From Hyphomicrobiales bacterium (GTDB lineage: Bacteria > Pseudomonadota > Alphaproteobacteria > Rhizobiales > Aestuariivirgaceae): a stretch of DNA of 64,000 nt. This document shows positions 29,814 to 41,016 of this stretch, piece after piece. A program made the position numbers and the translations under genes. The DNA lies in contig JANMWK010000098.1 in assembly GCA_031393975.1 (NCBI GenBank), forward strand, positions 38,935 to 102,934. The letters run 5' to 3'. The first letter of the stretch is position 1, and the number at the start of each line of letters is the position of its first letter. The notes below the pieces were generated by a model. That model saw nothing but the letters and a program-made list of their open reading frames with translations, ran no database searches and was not told the DNA's origin.

Positions 29814-30434
29814 TTAGTAAAGACCCTTCGTCGCTGCTGGCACAGCGCTATTCATATTCATATTTGTCGTCAACTGCGGCCCCACGAAAATCATGTCGAT
29901 ATAAACTGCACCATTTTTTGCGACGACCCCGGTGGCTGCATGAACATAATCCAAACTGACCAGAGCTTCGCGATGCGCTGGACTTTTGATCCAAAGCTGA
30001 AACAACTTGGCAGCAACAGCGGCAGTGGCTTCACCCGCATGGTTTTGCCCCACAGCATTTTCGGCCATGCGCGGCAAAACCATAACGTCAGGTCTCAAGG
30101 CCCGCATTCTGCTTTCAAAATCATGGCCCGTGCTGGCCACATGCCCCATGAAATGATGAAGCATCATATCCATAGCGTGAGCCCGTGCAGCATTCACGTT
30201 TTCAAGATCAGGCTTCAGCATAGGCTGGCCTTGCGAAATGCGGTAGCTATTGGCCAAGCGCAAAATCTCGGCCTCCAGATCGACCCGAACATCATGCTCA
30301 CTTTGCGCTTGCGCCACCATGCGAGCCGCGAAAGCTGAATAGGTCTCGCGAGCCATGCCCGAAGTTGTAAAAAGGCAAATTACAACTGCGCACACCGCAC
30401 TATATAAAGTAAAATGTATGAGGTTGAATTTCAC
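29814..30434 (-). CDS. CAP (SCP) domain protein
   Basis: AARAHAMDM, AENA and WIKSPAHR motifs; start uncertain (GTG 30434 gives a signal-like N-terminus). Confidence 0.8.
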   Translation of the reverse strand: MKFNLIHFTLYSAVCAVVICLFTTSGMARETYSAFAARMVAQAQSEHDVRVDLEAEILRLANSYRISQGQPMLKPDLENVNAARAHAMDMMLHHFMGHVASTGHDFESRMRALRPDVMVLPRMAENAVGQNHAGEATAAVAAKLFQLWIKSPAHREALVSLDYVHAATGVVAKNGAVYIDMIFVGPQLTTNMNMNSAVPAATKGLY

Positions 30435-30494
30435 CTTTGTTAACCTTCTTGTAATCCAAACGACCCTACACAGGAATCGAATAGCGGCCATATC

Positions 30495-31946
30495 ATGGCA
30501 GCATATGGCGAATCGGCGAACGTCTTGGAAGATTTTGGAAACGAACACCTGATTGAGGTCGAACAACTGCGTAGAGACAAAGCGCAGTTGGAGGGCGATG
30601 TTGCCCATTTGCTCCGCCATGATCAGCTTACAGGCCTATTAAACCGTAGCGCCTTCGTTTCGCAAGTTGACCATATGCTAGCCACCATGGATCACAGCAC
30701 CCAAAAAGGCGCGATGATTGAAATAGGCGTGCGCGGCTTGCCGCGTATTAGCGGTTCCCTAGGCCGCCATGTGGGTGATTATGCCATTTCCGCATTAGCA
30801 GCGCGGCTCAACATGATGCGAGAAGATAGCCATCTGGTGTGCAGGCTCGACTATTGGACCTTTGCCATGTTCATGCCCAGCGTGGGAGATCCCTTAGATG
30901 TGCTCACCAAGGCTAAAACGATATTAGCCGCGTTGGCTCAGCCCGTGGATTGGATCGATCGGAAATTGAAGTTGGAAGTGGGTGCTGGTGTCGCCCTCAC
31001 TTCAGCAGCCGATTCTGAAGCGGCAACATTGTTGCAAAATGTGGGATTGGCGCTGAAGGCGGCATCCGAAAAAGGCGGCCCTAACTATGGCTTTTACAAT
31101 CCTGCTTTGGCCAAAGCCGCCAGACGCCGCGCTGATGTTTTGCAGGCCCTGAATGATGCTATTGAAAAGCAAACCGTTTCCTTGCATTTTCAACCCATCT
31201 TCCGCGCTTCCACCGGAGAGCTTGTATCGTTTGAAGCGCTCATGCGCATGTCGCACCCAGAATTGGGTGTGATTTCGCCACTAGAATTCATTCCCGTTGC
31301 TGAGGAGTCTGGCTTGATCGGGCGCTTGGGTGCCTGGGCTTTGGCCGAGGCCTGCCGCGTGGCAGCAAGCTGGCCACCGCACATTACCGTATCCGTCAAT
31401 ATTTCTCCCGATCAGTTCTATTCAGGAACCCTGCTCACCGACGTCCACAATGCCCTCGAACTGTCCAGTTTTCCAGCATACCGATTGGAAGTTGAAATCA
31501 CTGAGAGCACCATGTTGAAAGATTCCGATATTGTCTTGTCACAGCTGGGGTCTTTACGCGACATGGGCTGCGCCATTGTGCTCGATGATTTTGGCACCGG
31601 CTATTCCAGCTTGAGTTACCTGTGGAAATTCCCTTTCTCAAAATTGAAAATTGATCGCTCATTTGTCCATGCTTTGGACACTGCACCGTTGATGAAAGGC
31701 ATGTTAAAATCAATCATTGATCTCGCGCGCAATCTTGGCCTAAAAATAACTGCTGAAGGCATCGAGACTGAAATTCATGTCGCCATATTACGCGACTATA
31801 AATGTGATTTTATGCAAGGCTATCTTACCGGCAGACCGGCCCCCCAAACGGATATTTCGGCGATCATTCTCAAAAACTTCGCCGAGAGTTTGCGCCCCAA
31901 GATTGAACTCTCAAAAGTTATTGAACGCAGTGCGATGAGTGCCTAA
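30495..31946 (+). CDS. Degenerate GGDEF plus EAL c-di-GMP phosphodiesterase
   Basis: HDQLTGLLNR, GGDEF replaced by DYWTF; intact EALMR, DDFGTGYSS, EGIE and QGY. Confidence 0.92.
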   Translation: MAAYGESANVLEDFGNEHLIEVEQLRRDKAQLEGDVAHLLRHDQLTGLLNRSAFVSQVDHMLATMDHSTQKGAMIEIGVRGLPRISGSLGRHVGDYAISALAARLNMMREDSHLVCRLDYWTFAMFMPSVGDPLDVLTKAKTILAALAQPVDWIDRKLKLEVGAGVALTSAADSEAATLLQNVGLALKAASEKGGPNYGFYNPALAKAARRRADVLQALNDAIEKQTVSLHFQPIFRASTGELVSFEALMRMSHPELGVISPLEFIPVAEESGLIGRLGAWALAEACRVAASWPPHITVSVNISPDQFYSGTLLTDVHNALELSSFPAYRLEVEITESTMLKDSDIVLSQLGSLRDMGCAIVLDDFGTGYSSLSYLWKFPFSKLKIDRSFVHALDTAPLMKGMLKSIIDLARNLGLKITAEGIETEIHVAILRDYKCDFMQGYLTGRPAPQTDISAIILKNFAESLRPKIELSKVIERSAMSA

Positions 31947-32715
31947 GCTCATTCAGACCATGCCGAAACTTTCAATCCTCGCAGCTCTGAAACATATGAT
32001 TCAGCTCATCGCCAATAACTGGAAGGTGGCTGCGCGCTTCAGCCTGCCGTGGTTGGCCTTGCTGGCAGTATTGGATACGTGGCAATTCCTGTCTAATCCT
32101 AGCGCCAACATGACGCCTGGAAATATCAAATTCAATGGCTCAACACTGCTGTTAATCGCTGTCAACCTTGTGGCCTCTTCATCCATTGCAGTGTCATGGC
32201 ATCGGCACATATTGATTGATGAGCCTCAATCCAGCGTCAGGCCGTTTCGAATAGACAAGACCGTTTTGTCTTATTTACGGGCAAACTTCGTAATCATCAT
32301 AATTACTGTAGTACCCATGATTGCCGTCATCATGGCGTCAACATTTTTTCCAACAATCCTGCTCCCGTTGTGGCTTGCATTGACAATCGCCATCACATTA
32401 TTCAGCGTGCGCTTGGCACTCAGTTTGCCAGCAATAGCAATTGGCCGCACAGATTTTGGCCTGCAAGCGGCACTCGCTTCGAGTCAAAAGAATAACTTAC
32501 AAATTTTTGGTTTGCTCATTGCAACAGGCAGCATCGTTCTCGGCATTTTTGTCGTAATGCAAATTCTAATTTCACTATCGCATTCAATATCACCAACTTT
32601 GAGTTTGCCCGCATCCGTGATTCTCGGAATCCCATTCCAATTTTTGGTCCTACTTTTGACCACGGCCATGCAAACATCATTATATGGCTACTTTTGCGAA
32701 GGCCGAAAATTCTAG
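31939..32715 (+). CDS. Hypothetical multi-pass membrane protein
   Basis: About six hydrophobic segments and AVSWHRHIL motif. Confidence 0.7.
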   Translation: MPKLIQTMPKLSILAALKHMIQLIANNWKVAARFSLPWLALLAVLDTWQFLSNPSANMTPGNIKFNGSTLLLIAVNLVASSSIAVSWHRHILIDEPQSSVRPFRIDKTVLSYLRANFVIIIITVVPMIAVIMASTFFPTILLPLWLALTIAITLFSVRLALSLPAIAIGRTDFGLQAALASSQKNNLQIFGLLIATGSIVLGIFVVMQILISLSHSISPTLSLPASVILGIPFQFLVLLLTTAMQTSLYGYFCEGRKF

Positions 32716-32718
32716 GTC

Positions 32719-34011
32719 TTAATCTGCGAACGGATCGGTCATCAATATGGTATCTTCGCGCTCTGGTGATGTTGAAAGAAGGGCTACCGGACATTCGATC
32801 AACTCTTCGAGATACTTCACATATTTAACAGCCTGCGCCGGTAATGCAGACCATGATCGCGCTCCCGCAGTCGTGCCTTTCCAACCTTCAAAGCTTTCAT
32901 AAATCGGCTCCACACGGGCCTGCGCCTCTTCAGCGGCCGGAAACAAATCAATGCGCTCTCCGTCAAGCATATAGCCAGTGCTCACCTTGATTTCATCAAG
33001 CCCGTCCAACACATCAAGCTTGGTGAGCGCAATGCCAGTGATACCCGATGTCTTAATCGCTTGACGCACCAGTACGGCATCAAACCAACCCACCCGGCGC
33101 TTGCGGCCCGTTACTGTTCCAAATTCATGGCCGCGCTTGCCAATCCATTCACCCACATCATTCATTTGCTCTGTCGGGAAAGGCCCAGAACCCACACGAG
33201 TGGTGTAGGCTTTGCATATACCAAGAACATAACTGACCGCTGAAGGCCCAAGACCAGAACCTGCAGCTGCCTGACCCGCCACAGTGTTGGATGATGTCAC
33301 ATAAGGATAAGTGCCATGATCAATATCGAGCAGAATACCTTGCGCGCCTTCAAACAGAATGCGCTTGCCGTCACGGCGCATGTCATCAAGCCGTGCCCAA
33401 ACCGCATCAGAGTAGGGTAAAATCTTCGGTGCCACTTCGGCTAACTGTTTCATCACGTCAAAAGCCAAATATTCAGGCTGACTATGCCCACGCCGCAACG
33501 CATTGTGATGCGCCAACATCCGGTCAATCTTTGGTCCCAAAGTTGAGAGATCAGCCAAATCATTCACACGAATAGCGCGACGTCCAACTTTGTCTTCATA
33601 AGCAGGCCCGATGCCGCGCCCCGTGGTGCCAATTTTGCCAGCACCCGCAGCCTCCTCACGCATTCGGTCCAGCTCGCCGTGGATCGGCAAAATCAACGTA
33701 GCATTGCCCGCAATACGCAAATTATCGCGGCTGATGGCAACGCCCTGTTTGGTCAACTTTTCAATTTCAGCAATCAACGCCCAAGGATCAATCACAACAC
33801 CGTTGCCGATGACTGAAAGTTTGCCGGGCCGTAAAATGCCCGAAGGTAAAAGCGATAATTTATAGGTTACACCATTGATGACAAGCGTGTGGCCGGCATT
33901 GTGCCCGCCTTGAAATCGCACCACCACATCGGCCCGTTCTGAAAGCCAATCGACAATTTTACCCTTGCCTTCATCACCCCATTGCGCGCCGACAACTGCC
34001 ACATTGGCCAT
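32719..34011 (-). CDS. purA: Adenylosuccinate synthetase
   Basis: [17 protein letters not shown] and EGAQG. Confidence 0.98.
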   Translation of the reverse strand: MANVAVVGAQWGDEGKGKIVDWLSERADVVVRFQGGHNAGHTLVINGVTYKLSLLPSGILRPGKLSVIGNGVVIDPWALIAEIEKLTKQGVAISRDNLRIAGNATLILPIHGELDRMREEAAGAGKIGTTGRGIGPAYEDKVGRRAIRVNDLADLSTLGPKIDRMLAHHNALRRGHSQPEYLAFDVMKQLAEVAPKILPYSDAVWARLDDMRRDGKRILFEGAQGILLDIDHGTYPYVTSSNTVAGQAAAGSGLGPSAVSYVLGICKAYTTRVGSGPFPTEQMNDVGEWIGKRGHEFGTVTGRKRRVGWFDAVLVRQAIKTSGITGIALTKLDVLDGLDEIKVSTGYMLDGERIDLFPAAEEAQARVEPIYESFEGWKGTTAGARSWSALPAQAVKYVKYLEELIECPVALLSTSPEREDTILMTDPFAD

Positions 34012-34108
34012 GGTAAATCCCTCTCAGACATGACAACGGCCCCGAAGCATGATCGCTTCGGAGCCGTTGCAGGTTCATACACCAATTGGAGTGTGGCGCA
34101 ACTCCACT

Positions 34109-35776
34109 TTACTCGTTCAAGCTAATATTCACAGTTTTCGGTGAGGTCACCTTATAGCCTGTTTTGATGGCTTTTTCGGCCTTAGCGTCCAAATCAAAAC
34201 TCCACGCCAAAACCCCACGCTTTTTCTCAAAATCTTGAGTTGTGGCAGGTGTTGCGTCTGGCAAAACCTCAACGGTCACATCGCTCATAATAGAAAACGG
34301 CGCGCGGTCAATCACAGTCACCGGAATCATCACTTCATGCAGATTGGTGACCGATATATCCCAAGCCAAACTCTGAACATGGGAAGTGGTGAGCAATCCC
34401 TCGTCACCAGAATTGCGCTTCACTTCGATGCGTTTCACTTTAATCAGATCATCAGCACCAAAACCCAGTTTCGCGTCTTCACCAGCACTTAGGAGCGGCA
34501 AAGAACCTTGACCCATAAACATGCTATCACGATAAAGATTAACCACACCCGGTAACAATGGTGCATCTCCCTTCACGGTGAACGCCGCACTGAGATAGGC
34601 TGTCGCATCCAGCCGAGGCACGGTGATTGCCTGTAACTTCGCGTCAAAATCGTCAGTGCTGATCCGCACTTTCTTGGCCGTTCCCGTATTATCGACCGTC
34701 ACGCGCCCTGCAATAATATAATTTGCGTTGAAACCCGCCAATTGGACTTCAGCTTGGCGCTGCATGATAGGCGCCGACATTGGCGCATCCGCCATTTCAG
34801 ATTTGTCTTTTTTCAATTCAGTCATGGCATCTTGAGCAGGCGCAGGGGCACTGGCAGCGACACCACCGCTCACTTGGTTGAGTGCCGCTTGAAGCATATC
34901 CTCGCCCAACTCAGGCGCTGCTGTAGCCCCCATCGGACGCGCTGTTGAAAGAGTTAACGCCACGTCATCCCAGCGTTCTCCCGATGATTGTGTCACCTCG
35001 GCACGCCGCACTATATTAAGTTTCGCAGCCACACCCTTGGTAGGCAAAGTCATGCGCGCATCATAGAACGGAACCCAGCCTGCTTCCTGAACGCGGTAGC
35101 TAAGCTTGAACTTGCCTGCAGTTGCTGCCGCTGCAACGATGTGAACCAGAACTTGGACGTGAGCACGCTCATCTGGTGCTAAAGCTTGCATTTTAACTTG
35201 TAAATCTGCCACCTGCTTATCAATGTTGCGTTGGCGCAACTGGGCATCATGGATGGTTTTTGAAATTGAGGTAAGCCGCATCCCCACCAAATCAACCAAA
35301 CCACCAAGTTGCGTTGCATCCACAGCTTTCATAGTTTCAGTGCTTGAAGCAGGCACCAATTGCTTATCTGCCAGAGAGAGCAAGAGTTTCTTTTGATAGT
35401 CTGAATCTAAAATTGTCTGTTCCAGCGCCATACGTTCGTCCGTTAGTTTCTCAATATCAGCATCCAGCCCCTTGCGCTGCGCATCAACATCTACCGATGA
35501 AAGCTGCACCAGCTTCGAATCAACAGAAGTAATCTCAAGTCCCGCACCACCCTCACCTTCCACCCTAATTGATTGTGTGTCGATGGTCCCCGGCAAATCG
35601 TCCAGCACCAACGTATGTTCACCCGCCTCTAGGGCAACATCACTCACCCGCACCACATCGGCCCCTTGCGGGAAAACAGTGATCGCGTCGATGTGGGAAG
35701 CGGTTTTAATATCATCCGCAAAAGCGGGGGTAATAAAAGTAGTGCTGATAAGCACAGCAGCGAGAGCAAGTTTCAT
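34109..35776 (-). CDS. DUF4139/DUF4140 (MuiA-family) protein
   Basis: Signal peptide, ITVFPQGA, coiled coil, WVPFYD and Q..GERW..V.LTLSTARP. Confidence 0.85.
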   Translation of the reverse strand: MKLALAAVLISTTFITPAFADDIKTASHIDAITVFPQGADVVRVSDVALEAGEHTLVLDDLPGTIDTQSIRVEGEGGAGLEITSVDSKLVQLSSVDVDAQRKGLDADIEKLTDERMALEQTILDSDYQKKLLLSLADKQLVPASSTETMKAVDATQLGGLVDLVGMRLTSISKTIHDAQLRQRNIDKQVADLQVKMQALAPDERAHVQVLVHIVAAAATAGKFKLSYRVQEAGWVPFYDARMTLPTKGVAAKLNIVRRAEVTQSSGERWDDVALTLSTARPMGATAAPELGEDMLQAALNQVSGGVAASAPAPAQDAMTELKKDKSEMADAPMSAPIMQRQAEVQLAGFNANYIIAGRVTVDNTGTAKKVRISTDDFDAKLQAITVPRLDATAYLSAAFTVKGDAPLLPGVVNLYRDSMFMGQGSLPLLSAGEDAKLGFGADDLIKVKRIEVKRNSGDEGLLTTSHVQSLAWDISVTNLHEVMIPVTVIDRAPFSIMSDVTVEVLPDATPATTQDFEKKRGVLAWSFDLDAKAEKAIKTGYKVTSPKTVNISLNE

Positions 35777-35957
35777 TCCAATCCTCCATGTGGCCCCCAA
35801 GCCAATGGATTGTAAACAAACTGTGAGCAACGGGCAGATGTGGGGCCACTTCATGGCTTATTCATGCCAAGACATTGAAATGTAAAAATCATATTTGACC
35901 GCAAACCCATAAGCCGTGATAGTAGCTGCGGGAACATCATTAATTGGAGACAACGCC

Positions 35958-37418
35958 ATGAAATACCGTGCAAACCTTCTACTTTCGCTTCCACTCTTAT
36001 TTTCAGTGAGCCACGCCGCCCTCGCTGCTGCAACAGCAGACGAAGCCACTCGCCTCACCGAGGTGTTTCAATCCTATCTCGGCACGACCGAGGGTGTAGT
36101 GGCCGTGGAACCGGACGGCGACAACTATACTGTGACCATCGACATTGCTCCGTTAGTGGCTAAGGCCGCTGCAGCGGGCACTACTATTTCGCTAACACCG
36201 ATTGAGCTCACTTTGACCGATAATGGTGAAGGAAAATGGAACGTGCGCCAAGATGGGCCTGTAGAGTTGAAAATCGATTCTAAGGGTGCAGTTACTGCGG
36301 ACATTAAAGTCGAATCCTATAGCTGGGAGGGCGTGTTCGACGAACAGCTGGGAAATTTTGAATCCGCATCTGGCGAAATGAAGAACGTGGCCTTAGCCGA
36401 GACTATTACTGATCTCACCCAAGGCAAAGTCGACATCACTGCAGCGATTGCCAATGTCAAAATCGAACAGTCCGCAATTGCAAATGCCAATGGAGGCGCA
36501 GACTTGACTGCCAAGTATGAACTCCAAGGTCTTGCAGAAAACGTGAACTCCGCTGGAAATCCAGCCGAAGGTAAGCAGCCGTTAAATTTAGTCATAACTG
36601 CAGCAAGCGGCGTCTATGATACGACGGCGAAAGGCTATAAATTTAAGTCCATACTGGATTTGGTGTCTTTCTTCGTTGCACATCAAAGCAAAGACCTCAT
36701 TGTCAAGGATCAAACCGCCCTAAAATCAATGCTCGCGGCTGGATTACCATTGTTTGAAAACATCAATGGAACTGGAACGTTTAAGACTATTTCGGTTTCA
36801 ACGCCAATTGGTCCAATTGGTATGGATACAATGGCCATTGGCGCTGATGTTAATGGCATAGTAAAAGATGGAAAGTTGCGTGAAAGCATTGCGATCACCG
36901 GCCTCACTGTTCCAGCTACAGTCATACCACCTTGGGCTACGAAGCTGGTGCCGAAGGATGTTACTTTCGATTTCCAAGGTTCAGGCTTTGATTTAGCAGC
37001 ACCAGCACAAGCTGTGTTGGCCACCCTTGATCTGGCAAAAGAACCACCATTGCCTGCTGGTTTTGAAACTACTTTGCTTCCTATGCTTTTGCCTAAGGGC
37101 ACAGTTGATGTTGTTCTCAATCCGACCAGTATCAGCAACGATATTTACAGCGTTAGCGCCGAGGGCACCTTGGCTGCTGGCCCAATGAAACCAATTCCAT
37201 CGGGCAAGGGCACATTGAAAGCCAAGGGCCTCGACGAGTTAATGAAGATTATTCAAGCAGCGCCGCCTGAAGCTGGAATGCAGCAGGGTGCAGCAATCAT
37301 CATCGCCGCAAAAGGCATGGGTAAAGCCGAAGCCGATGGCTCGTTCTCTTGGGTTGTCGAAAGTACCGGTGATGGCAAAGTATTGGTCAACGGCATCGAC
37401 CCGATGTCAATCAAGTGA
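35958..37418 (+). CDS. Secreted/periplasmic hypothetical protein
   Basis: GGAG RBS, signal peptide, 486 aa beta-rich, ends VLVNGIDP. Confidence 0.75.
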   Translation: MKYRANLLLSLPLLFSVSHAALAAATADEATRLTEVFQSYLGTTEGVVAVEPDGDNYTVTIDIAPLVAKAAAAGTTISLTPIELTLTDNGEGKWNVRQDGPVELKIDSKGAVTADIKVESYSWEGVFDEQLGNFESASGEMKNVALAETITDLTQGKVDITAAIANVKIEQSAIANANGGADLTAKYELQGLAENVNSAGNPAEGKQPLNLVITAASGVYDTTAKGYKFKSILDLVSFFVAHQSKDLIVKDQTALKSMLAAGLPLFENINGTGTFKTISVSTPIGPIGMDTMAIGADVNGIVKDGKLRESIAITGLTVPATVIPPWATKLVPKDVTFDFQGSGFDLAAPAQAVLATLDLAKEPPLPAGFETTLLPMLLPKGTVDVVLNPTSISNDIYSVSAEGTLAAGPMKPIPSGKGTLKAKGLDELMKIIQAAPPEAGMQQGAAIIIAAKGMGKAEADGSFSWVVESTGDGKVLVNGIDPMSIK

Positions 37419-37452
37419 AAAAATCCCCCCGCTTGGCCGCGGGGGGCTTTTT
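37419..37452. terminator. Bidirectional intrinsic terminator
   Basis: A-run, CCCCCCGC/GCGGGGGG stem, T-run; between convergent genes. Confidence 0.8.
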
Positions 37453-39037
37453 AGAAGGCCAGTGGCTTGGCTTGGGTCACTTGCTCAATCTTCTGCACGG
37501 CCCAAAGCACAGAGTCAGGAACAGGTTCATCGATCTGCACTAAACAAATCGCTTCTTGGCCTTGCGTGTGGCGACCCAAATGCAGTGACGCGATGTTCAC
37601 GCCAGCATTGCCAAGCAACGAACCCAGTGCCCCAATGAATCCGGGCTTATCCTTATTGGTTACATAGAGCATATACTGGCCAAAATCACTTTCAAGCTCA
37701 ATGCCCTTAATTTGAATGATGCGCGGCTTGCCGTCTGAGAACACAGTGCCCGCAACAGCACGTTCATAGTTATCCGTCTTCACTGTGATGCGAATGTAAG
37801 TTTCATAAGCCCCACGCTTCGATTGCTTCACCTCGTCAACTTTGATGCCGCGTTCTCTGGCGACCACGGGGGCCGATACCATATTCACAGTGCCAAGCTG
37901 CGGCTGCAAAATTCCTGCGAGTGCCGCTGAGGTCAGCGCGCGCGTATTCATCTCGCCCACATCACCGGCATACTCAATGGAAATTCCGGTGATCAAGGAG
38001 TCCGTTAGCTGTCCCGCAAAACTACCAAGCTTTTCAGCCAAGGCCACGAAAGGCTTCAGGCGCGGCGCTTCCTCTGCAGAAATCGACGGCATATTGAGCG
38101 CATTAGACACGGCACCATTGACCAAATAGTCGGCCATCTGCTCAGCCACTTGCAAGGCTACATTTTCTTGCGCTTCACCTGTGGCAGCACCCAGATGCGG
38201 CGTGCATACAACGTTTTCGAGATTGAATAATTTATGTGTTGAAGCAGGCTCCACCTCAAATACATCCAGTGCAGCCCCCGCCACATGCTTTGAAATCAAA
38301 GCATCATAAAGTGCATCTTCATTCACCAAACCACCGCGTGCGCAATTGATAATACGTACACCTTTTTTACATTTGGCCAAAGCCGCAGCATCAATCACAT
38401 TGCGAGTCTTCTCGGTGAGTGGCGTGTGTAGCGTGATGAAATCTGAGCGCTTAAAAATTGTTTCAAGTTCAACTTTTTCAACACCAATATTCAGTGCACG
38501 TTCAGCCGACAAAAATGGATCGTAAGCAATCACTTTCATCTTCAAGCCAAGCGCACGGTCCGCCACAATGGAGCCGATATTGCCACAACCAATAATCCCC
38601 AAAGTTTTATTGAAAAGCTCAACACCCATAAAACGGTTCTTTTCCCACTTGCCGGCATGGGTGGAAGCATTGGCTTCCGGAATCTGCCGTGCCAAAGCCA
38701 TCATCATAGATAGAGCATGTTCGGCAGTGGTAATAGCATTTCCGAACGGCGTATTCATCACTACAATACCCCGCTGTGATGCAGCGGGGATATCAACATT
38801 ATCTACACCAATGCCAGCTCGGCCAATCACCTTCAAACGCGTGGCCGCTTCCAAAATCTTCGGCGTCACTTTCGTGGCCGAGCGAATTGCCAAGCCGTCA
38901 TACTCACCAATTTTGGCCAGCAATGCATCTTTGTCTTTGCCAAGATCTGGCAGGTAATCAACTTCAACTCCGCGATCGCGAAAAATTTGAACAGCGGTTT
39001 CAGACAGTTTGTCGGATACGAGAACACGTGGGGCCAT
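37451..39037 (-). CDS. serA: D-3-phosphoglycerate dehydrogenase
   Basis: GRAGIGVDN, GCGNIG, NCARGG, TPHLGA and a C-terminal ACT domain. Confidence 0.97.
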   Translation of the reverse strand: MAPRVLVSDKLSETAVQIFRDRGVEVDYLPDLGKDKDALLAKIGEYDGLAIRSATKVTPKILEAATRLKVIGRAGIGVDNVDIPAASQRGIVVMNTPFGNAITTAEHALSMMMALARQIPEANASTHAGKWEKNRFMGVELFNKTLGIIGCGNIGSIVADRALGLKMKVIAYDPFLSAERALNIGVEKVELETIFKRSDFITLHTPLTEKTRNVIDAAALAKCKKGVRIINCARGGLVNEDALYDALISKHVAGAALDVFEVEPASTHKLFNLENVVCTPHLGAATGEAQENVALQVAEQMADYLVNGAVSNALNMPSISAEEAPRLKPFVALAEKLGSFAGQLTDSLITGISIEYAGDVGEMNTRALTSAALAGILQPQLGTVNMVSAPVVARERGIKVDEVKQSKRGAYETYIRITVKTDNYERAVAGTVFSDGKPRIIQIKGIELESDFGQYMLYVTNKDKPGFIGALGSLLGNAGVNIASLHLGRHTQGQEAICLVQIDEPVPDSVLWAVQKIEQVTQAKPLAF

Positions 39038-39066
39038 GATGGCTCTCCTTTAAAATAAAAATGAAA

Positions 39067-40194
39067 TTAGGCGGCTGTTGCTTGAGCATAAGCCCAATCA
39101 AGCCATAAGGTCAGCGTTTGCACGTCAGTTGTTTCAACCGTTGCACCACACCATATGCGAAGGCCTGGAGGGGCATCACGATAAGCACCAATGTCGTAAG
39201 CCACATTTTCAGCATCGAGCAGCTTTACCATTTTTTTTGGCACTTCTTCGGAACCATCAAGCGTGAGGCACACTGAAGTGTTAGAGCGCGTGTTCGCCAT
39301 TTTTGCTAGATGATGCGCGTGAGTTGTCTTGGAAATCCAAGCGTCAATGACAGCGGCATTGGCATCAGCCCGCTTTTGTAGGCCAGCCAAACCACCAACA
39401 GTTTTGGCCCATTCCAACGCCAAAATATAATCTTCAACGCACAACATTGATGGGGTGTTGATGGTCTCACCTTCAAACATGCCTTCAATCAATTTGCCAC
39501 CAGATGTCATGCGGAAAATTTTTGGCATAGGCCAAGTCGGCACATATGTTTCCAAACGCGTGACAGCACGGGGCGACAAGATTAGAACGCCATGCGCACC
39601 CTCACCGCCCAAAACTTTTTGCCACGAGAATGTGACTACGTCTAATTTTGAAAAATCCAGGTCCTGCGCAAAAGCTGCAGACGTGGCGTCACAAATCGTC
39701 AGACCTTCGCGGTTCGCTGGAATCCAAGCTGCATTGGGAACGCGCACACCTGACGTGGTGCCATTCCATGTGAACACCACATCATTGGAAAAATTGATTT
39801 TTGATAAATCTGGAAGCTCTCCATAAGGGGCCATTATCTTGTTGGCATCTTTCAGCTTCAACTGCTTTACAACGTCGGAAACCCAGCCTTCGCCAAAACT
39901 TTCCCACGCCACCAAATCGACACCGCGTGCACCCAGCAGCGACCAGAGGGCCATTTCTACGGCGCCAGTGTCTGATGCAGGCACAATGGCAATGCGGTAA
40001 TCCGCAGGCACATTGAGCACTTCACGGGTGAGAGTGATTGCCTTCTTCAAACGCGCTTTGCCAAGGCTCGAACGATGTGAACGACCCAGAACGGCATTTT
40101 CTAATGCTTGGGGGGTCCAGCCAGGAAATTTCGCGCAGGGGCCGGAAGAAAAATTAGCGCATACAGGGCGTGTGCCCGGTTTCATATCTGTCAT
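39067..40194 (-). CDS. serC: Phosphoserine aminotransferase
   Basis: FSSGPC, FSWQK and GLRIWCG; upstream of serA; ATG at 40194. Confidence 0.95.
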   Translation of the reverse strand: MTDMKPGTRPVCANFSSGPCAKFPGWTPQALENAVLGRSHRSSLGKARLKKAITLTREVLNVPADYRIAIVPASDTGAVEMALWSLLGARGVDLVAWESFGEGWVSDVVKQLKLKDANKIMAPYGELPDLSKINFSNDVVFTWNGTTSGVRVPNAAWIPANREGLTICDATSAAFAQDLDFSKLDVVTFSWQKVLGGEGAHGVLILSPRAVTRLETYVPTWPMPKIFRMTSGGKLIEGMFEGETINTPSMLCVEDYILALEWAKTVGGLAGLQKRADANAAVIDAWISKTTHAHHLAKMANTRSNTSVCLTLDGSEEVPKKMVKLLDAENVAYDIGAYRDAPPGLRIWCGATVETTDVQTLTLWLDWAYAQATAA

Positions 40195-40202
40195 TTTGAT
40201 CT

Positions 40203-40250
40203 CCATCCTTACAGATGGCAAGGCCTTCGGTGGGGAAAGCTCGCCCGAGG
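40203..40250 (-). ncRNA. serC leader RNA motif (alphaproteobacterial)
   Basis: CGGGCGAGCTTTCCCCACCGAAGGCCTTGCCATCTGTAAGGATGG directly 5' of serC resembles the known serC leader from recall; boundaries approximate. Confidence 0.6.
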
Positions 40251-40449
40251 TCGCTTTAGACGGAAACAACGTCGCGTCGCAACTGGAATTTTGGTCGCAT
40301 CAATTCTTGTGGTTATTAAAGTGGTAAGGTCTGCAACCGCTCCAGCCAGATTTTTTGGCGTTTTCTCAGTTCGTCTGATCGCAGAATTGTCACCATGCTC
40401 AGCCCAAACCGCCAGTAAAGACTAAAAGCGTCCAGTACCTGTCTGGAGG

Positions 40450-40976
40450 GTGAACCAAAGGCTGTTCTCTTGGGGCCTCCAGATTGTGACAGGAACACTA
40501 TCAGACGTTGCTTTGGCAGCTTGGCGATTGCCACAATCGCAGCCAATGGCGTCGACACTCACTTTTGATTGCAAGACTGAAGACGTCGTCGATCTCAACC
40601 TCAATGGCTCAAAGGCTGATATCGCCGGGCCTAGGCGCCAAAAGACGAAGGCGTTGCAAAACGTGGGCGACCCAAGCTTGGCGGTGTTGCCCGTGAAATC
40701 ACCCTATTGCCGCGCCATTGGGAGTAGCTTCGCCAGCAACCCGGTGGCGCCTCCGTTACGCTTCGCAAGCTTGTTGATGTCGCCCGAAAAGACCGAACCA
40801 CCCAAGTGGAAAATCGTGAGCGTATTGCAGCAGCATATAAATTTATGTTCATAATGGCAGGTGACTTGCCATTATTTGAAGACGCATCCCGTGCTCTCTT
40901 TGCGCAAGATTTCATCAAACTTAAAACATACACAGCCCGTTGGCCTGCCGACATTCGCAATGGACTTTTCTTGTAA
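40450..40976 (+). pseudogene. DUF2239 family pseudogene
   Basis: GRPKLGVVAREITLLPRHWE*L.QQPGGASVTLRKLV...MAGDLP.FE.ASRALFA..WPADIR with TAG at 40725-40727; the N-terminal part is in another frame. Confidence 0.75.
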
Positions 40977-41016
40977 CTACAGCAACTGTTGCCGCAAACA
41001 GAATCCTCAACAACAC

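Noticed and set aside
34034-34070. Hairpin upstream of purA as a possible riboswitch
   Set aside because: A single simple stem-loop with no aptamer features; more likely a terminator or stability hairpin
3766-40727. Stop-codon reassignment, since in-frame stops at 3766, 4785 and 40725 all fall at expected Trp positions
   Set aside because: Both TGA and TAG are involved, intact genes end normally with these codons, and the affected genes have other lesions; TGG-to-stop transitions explain it
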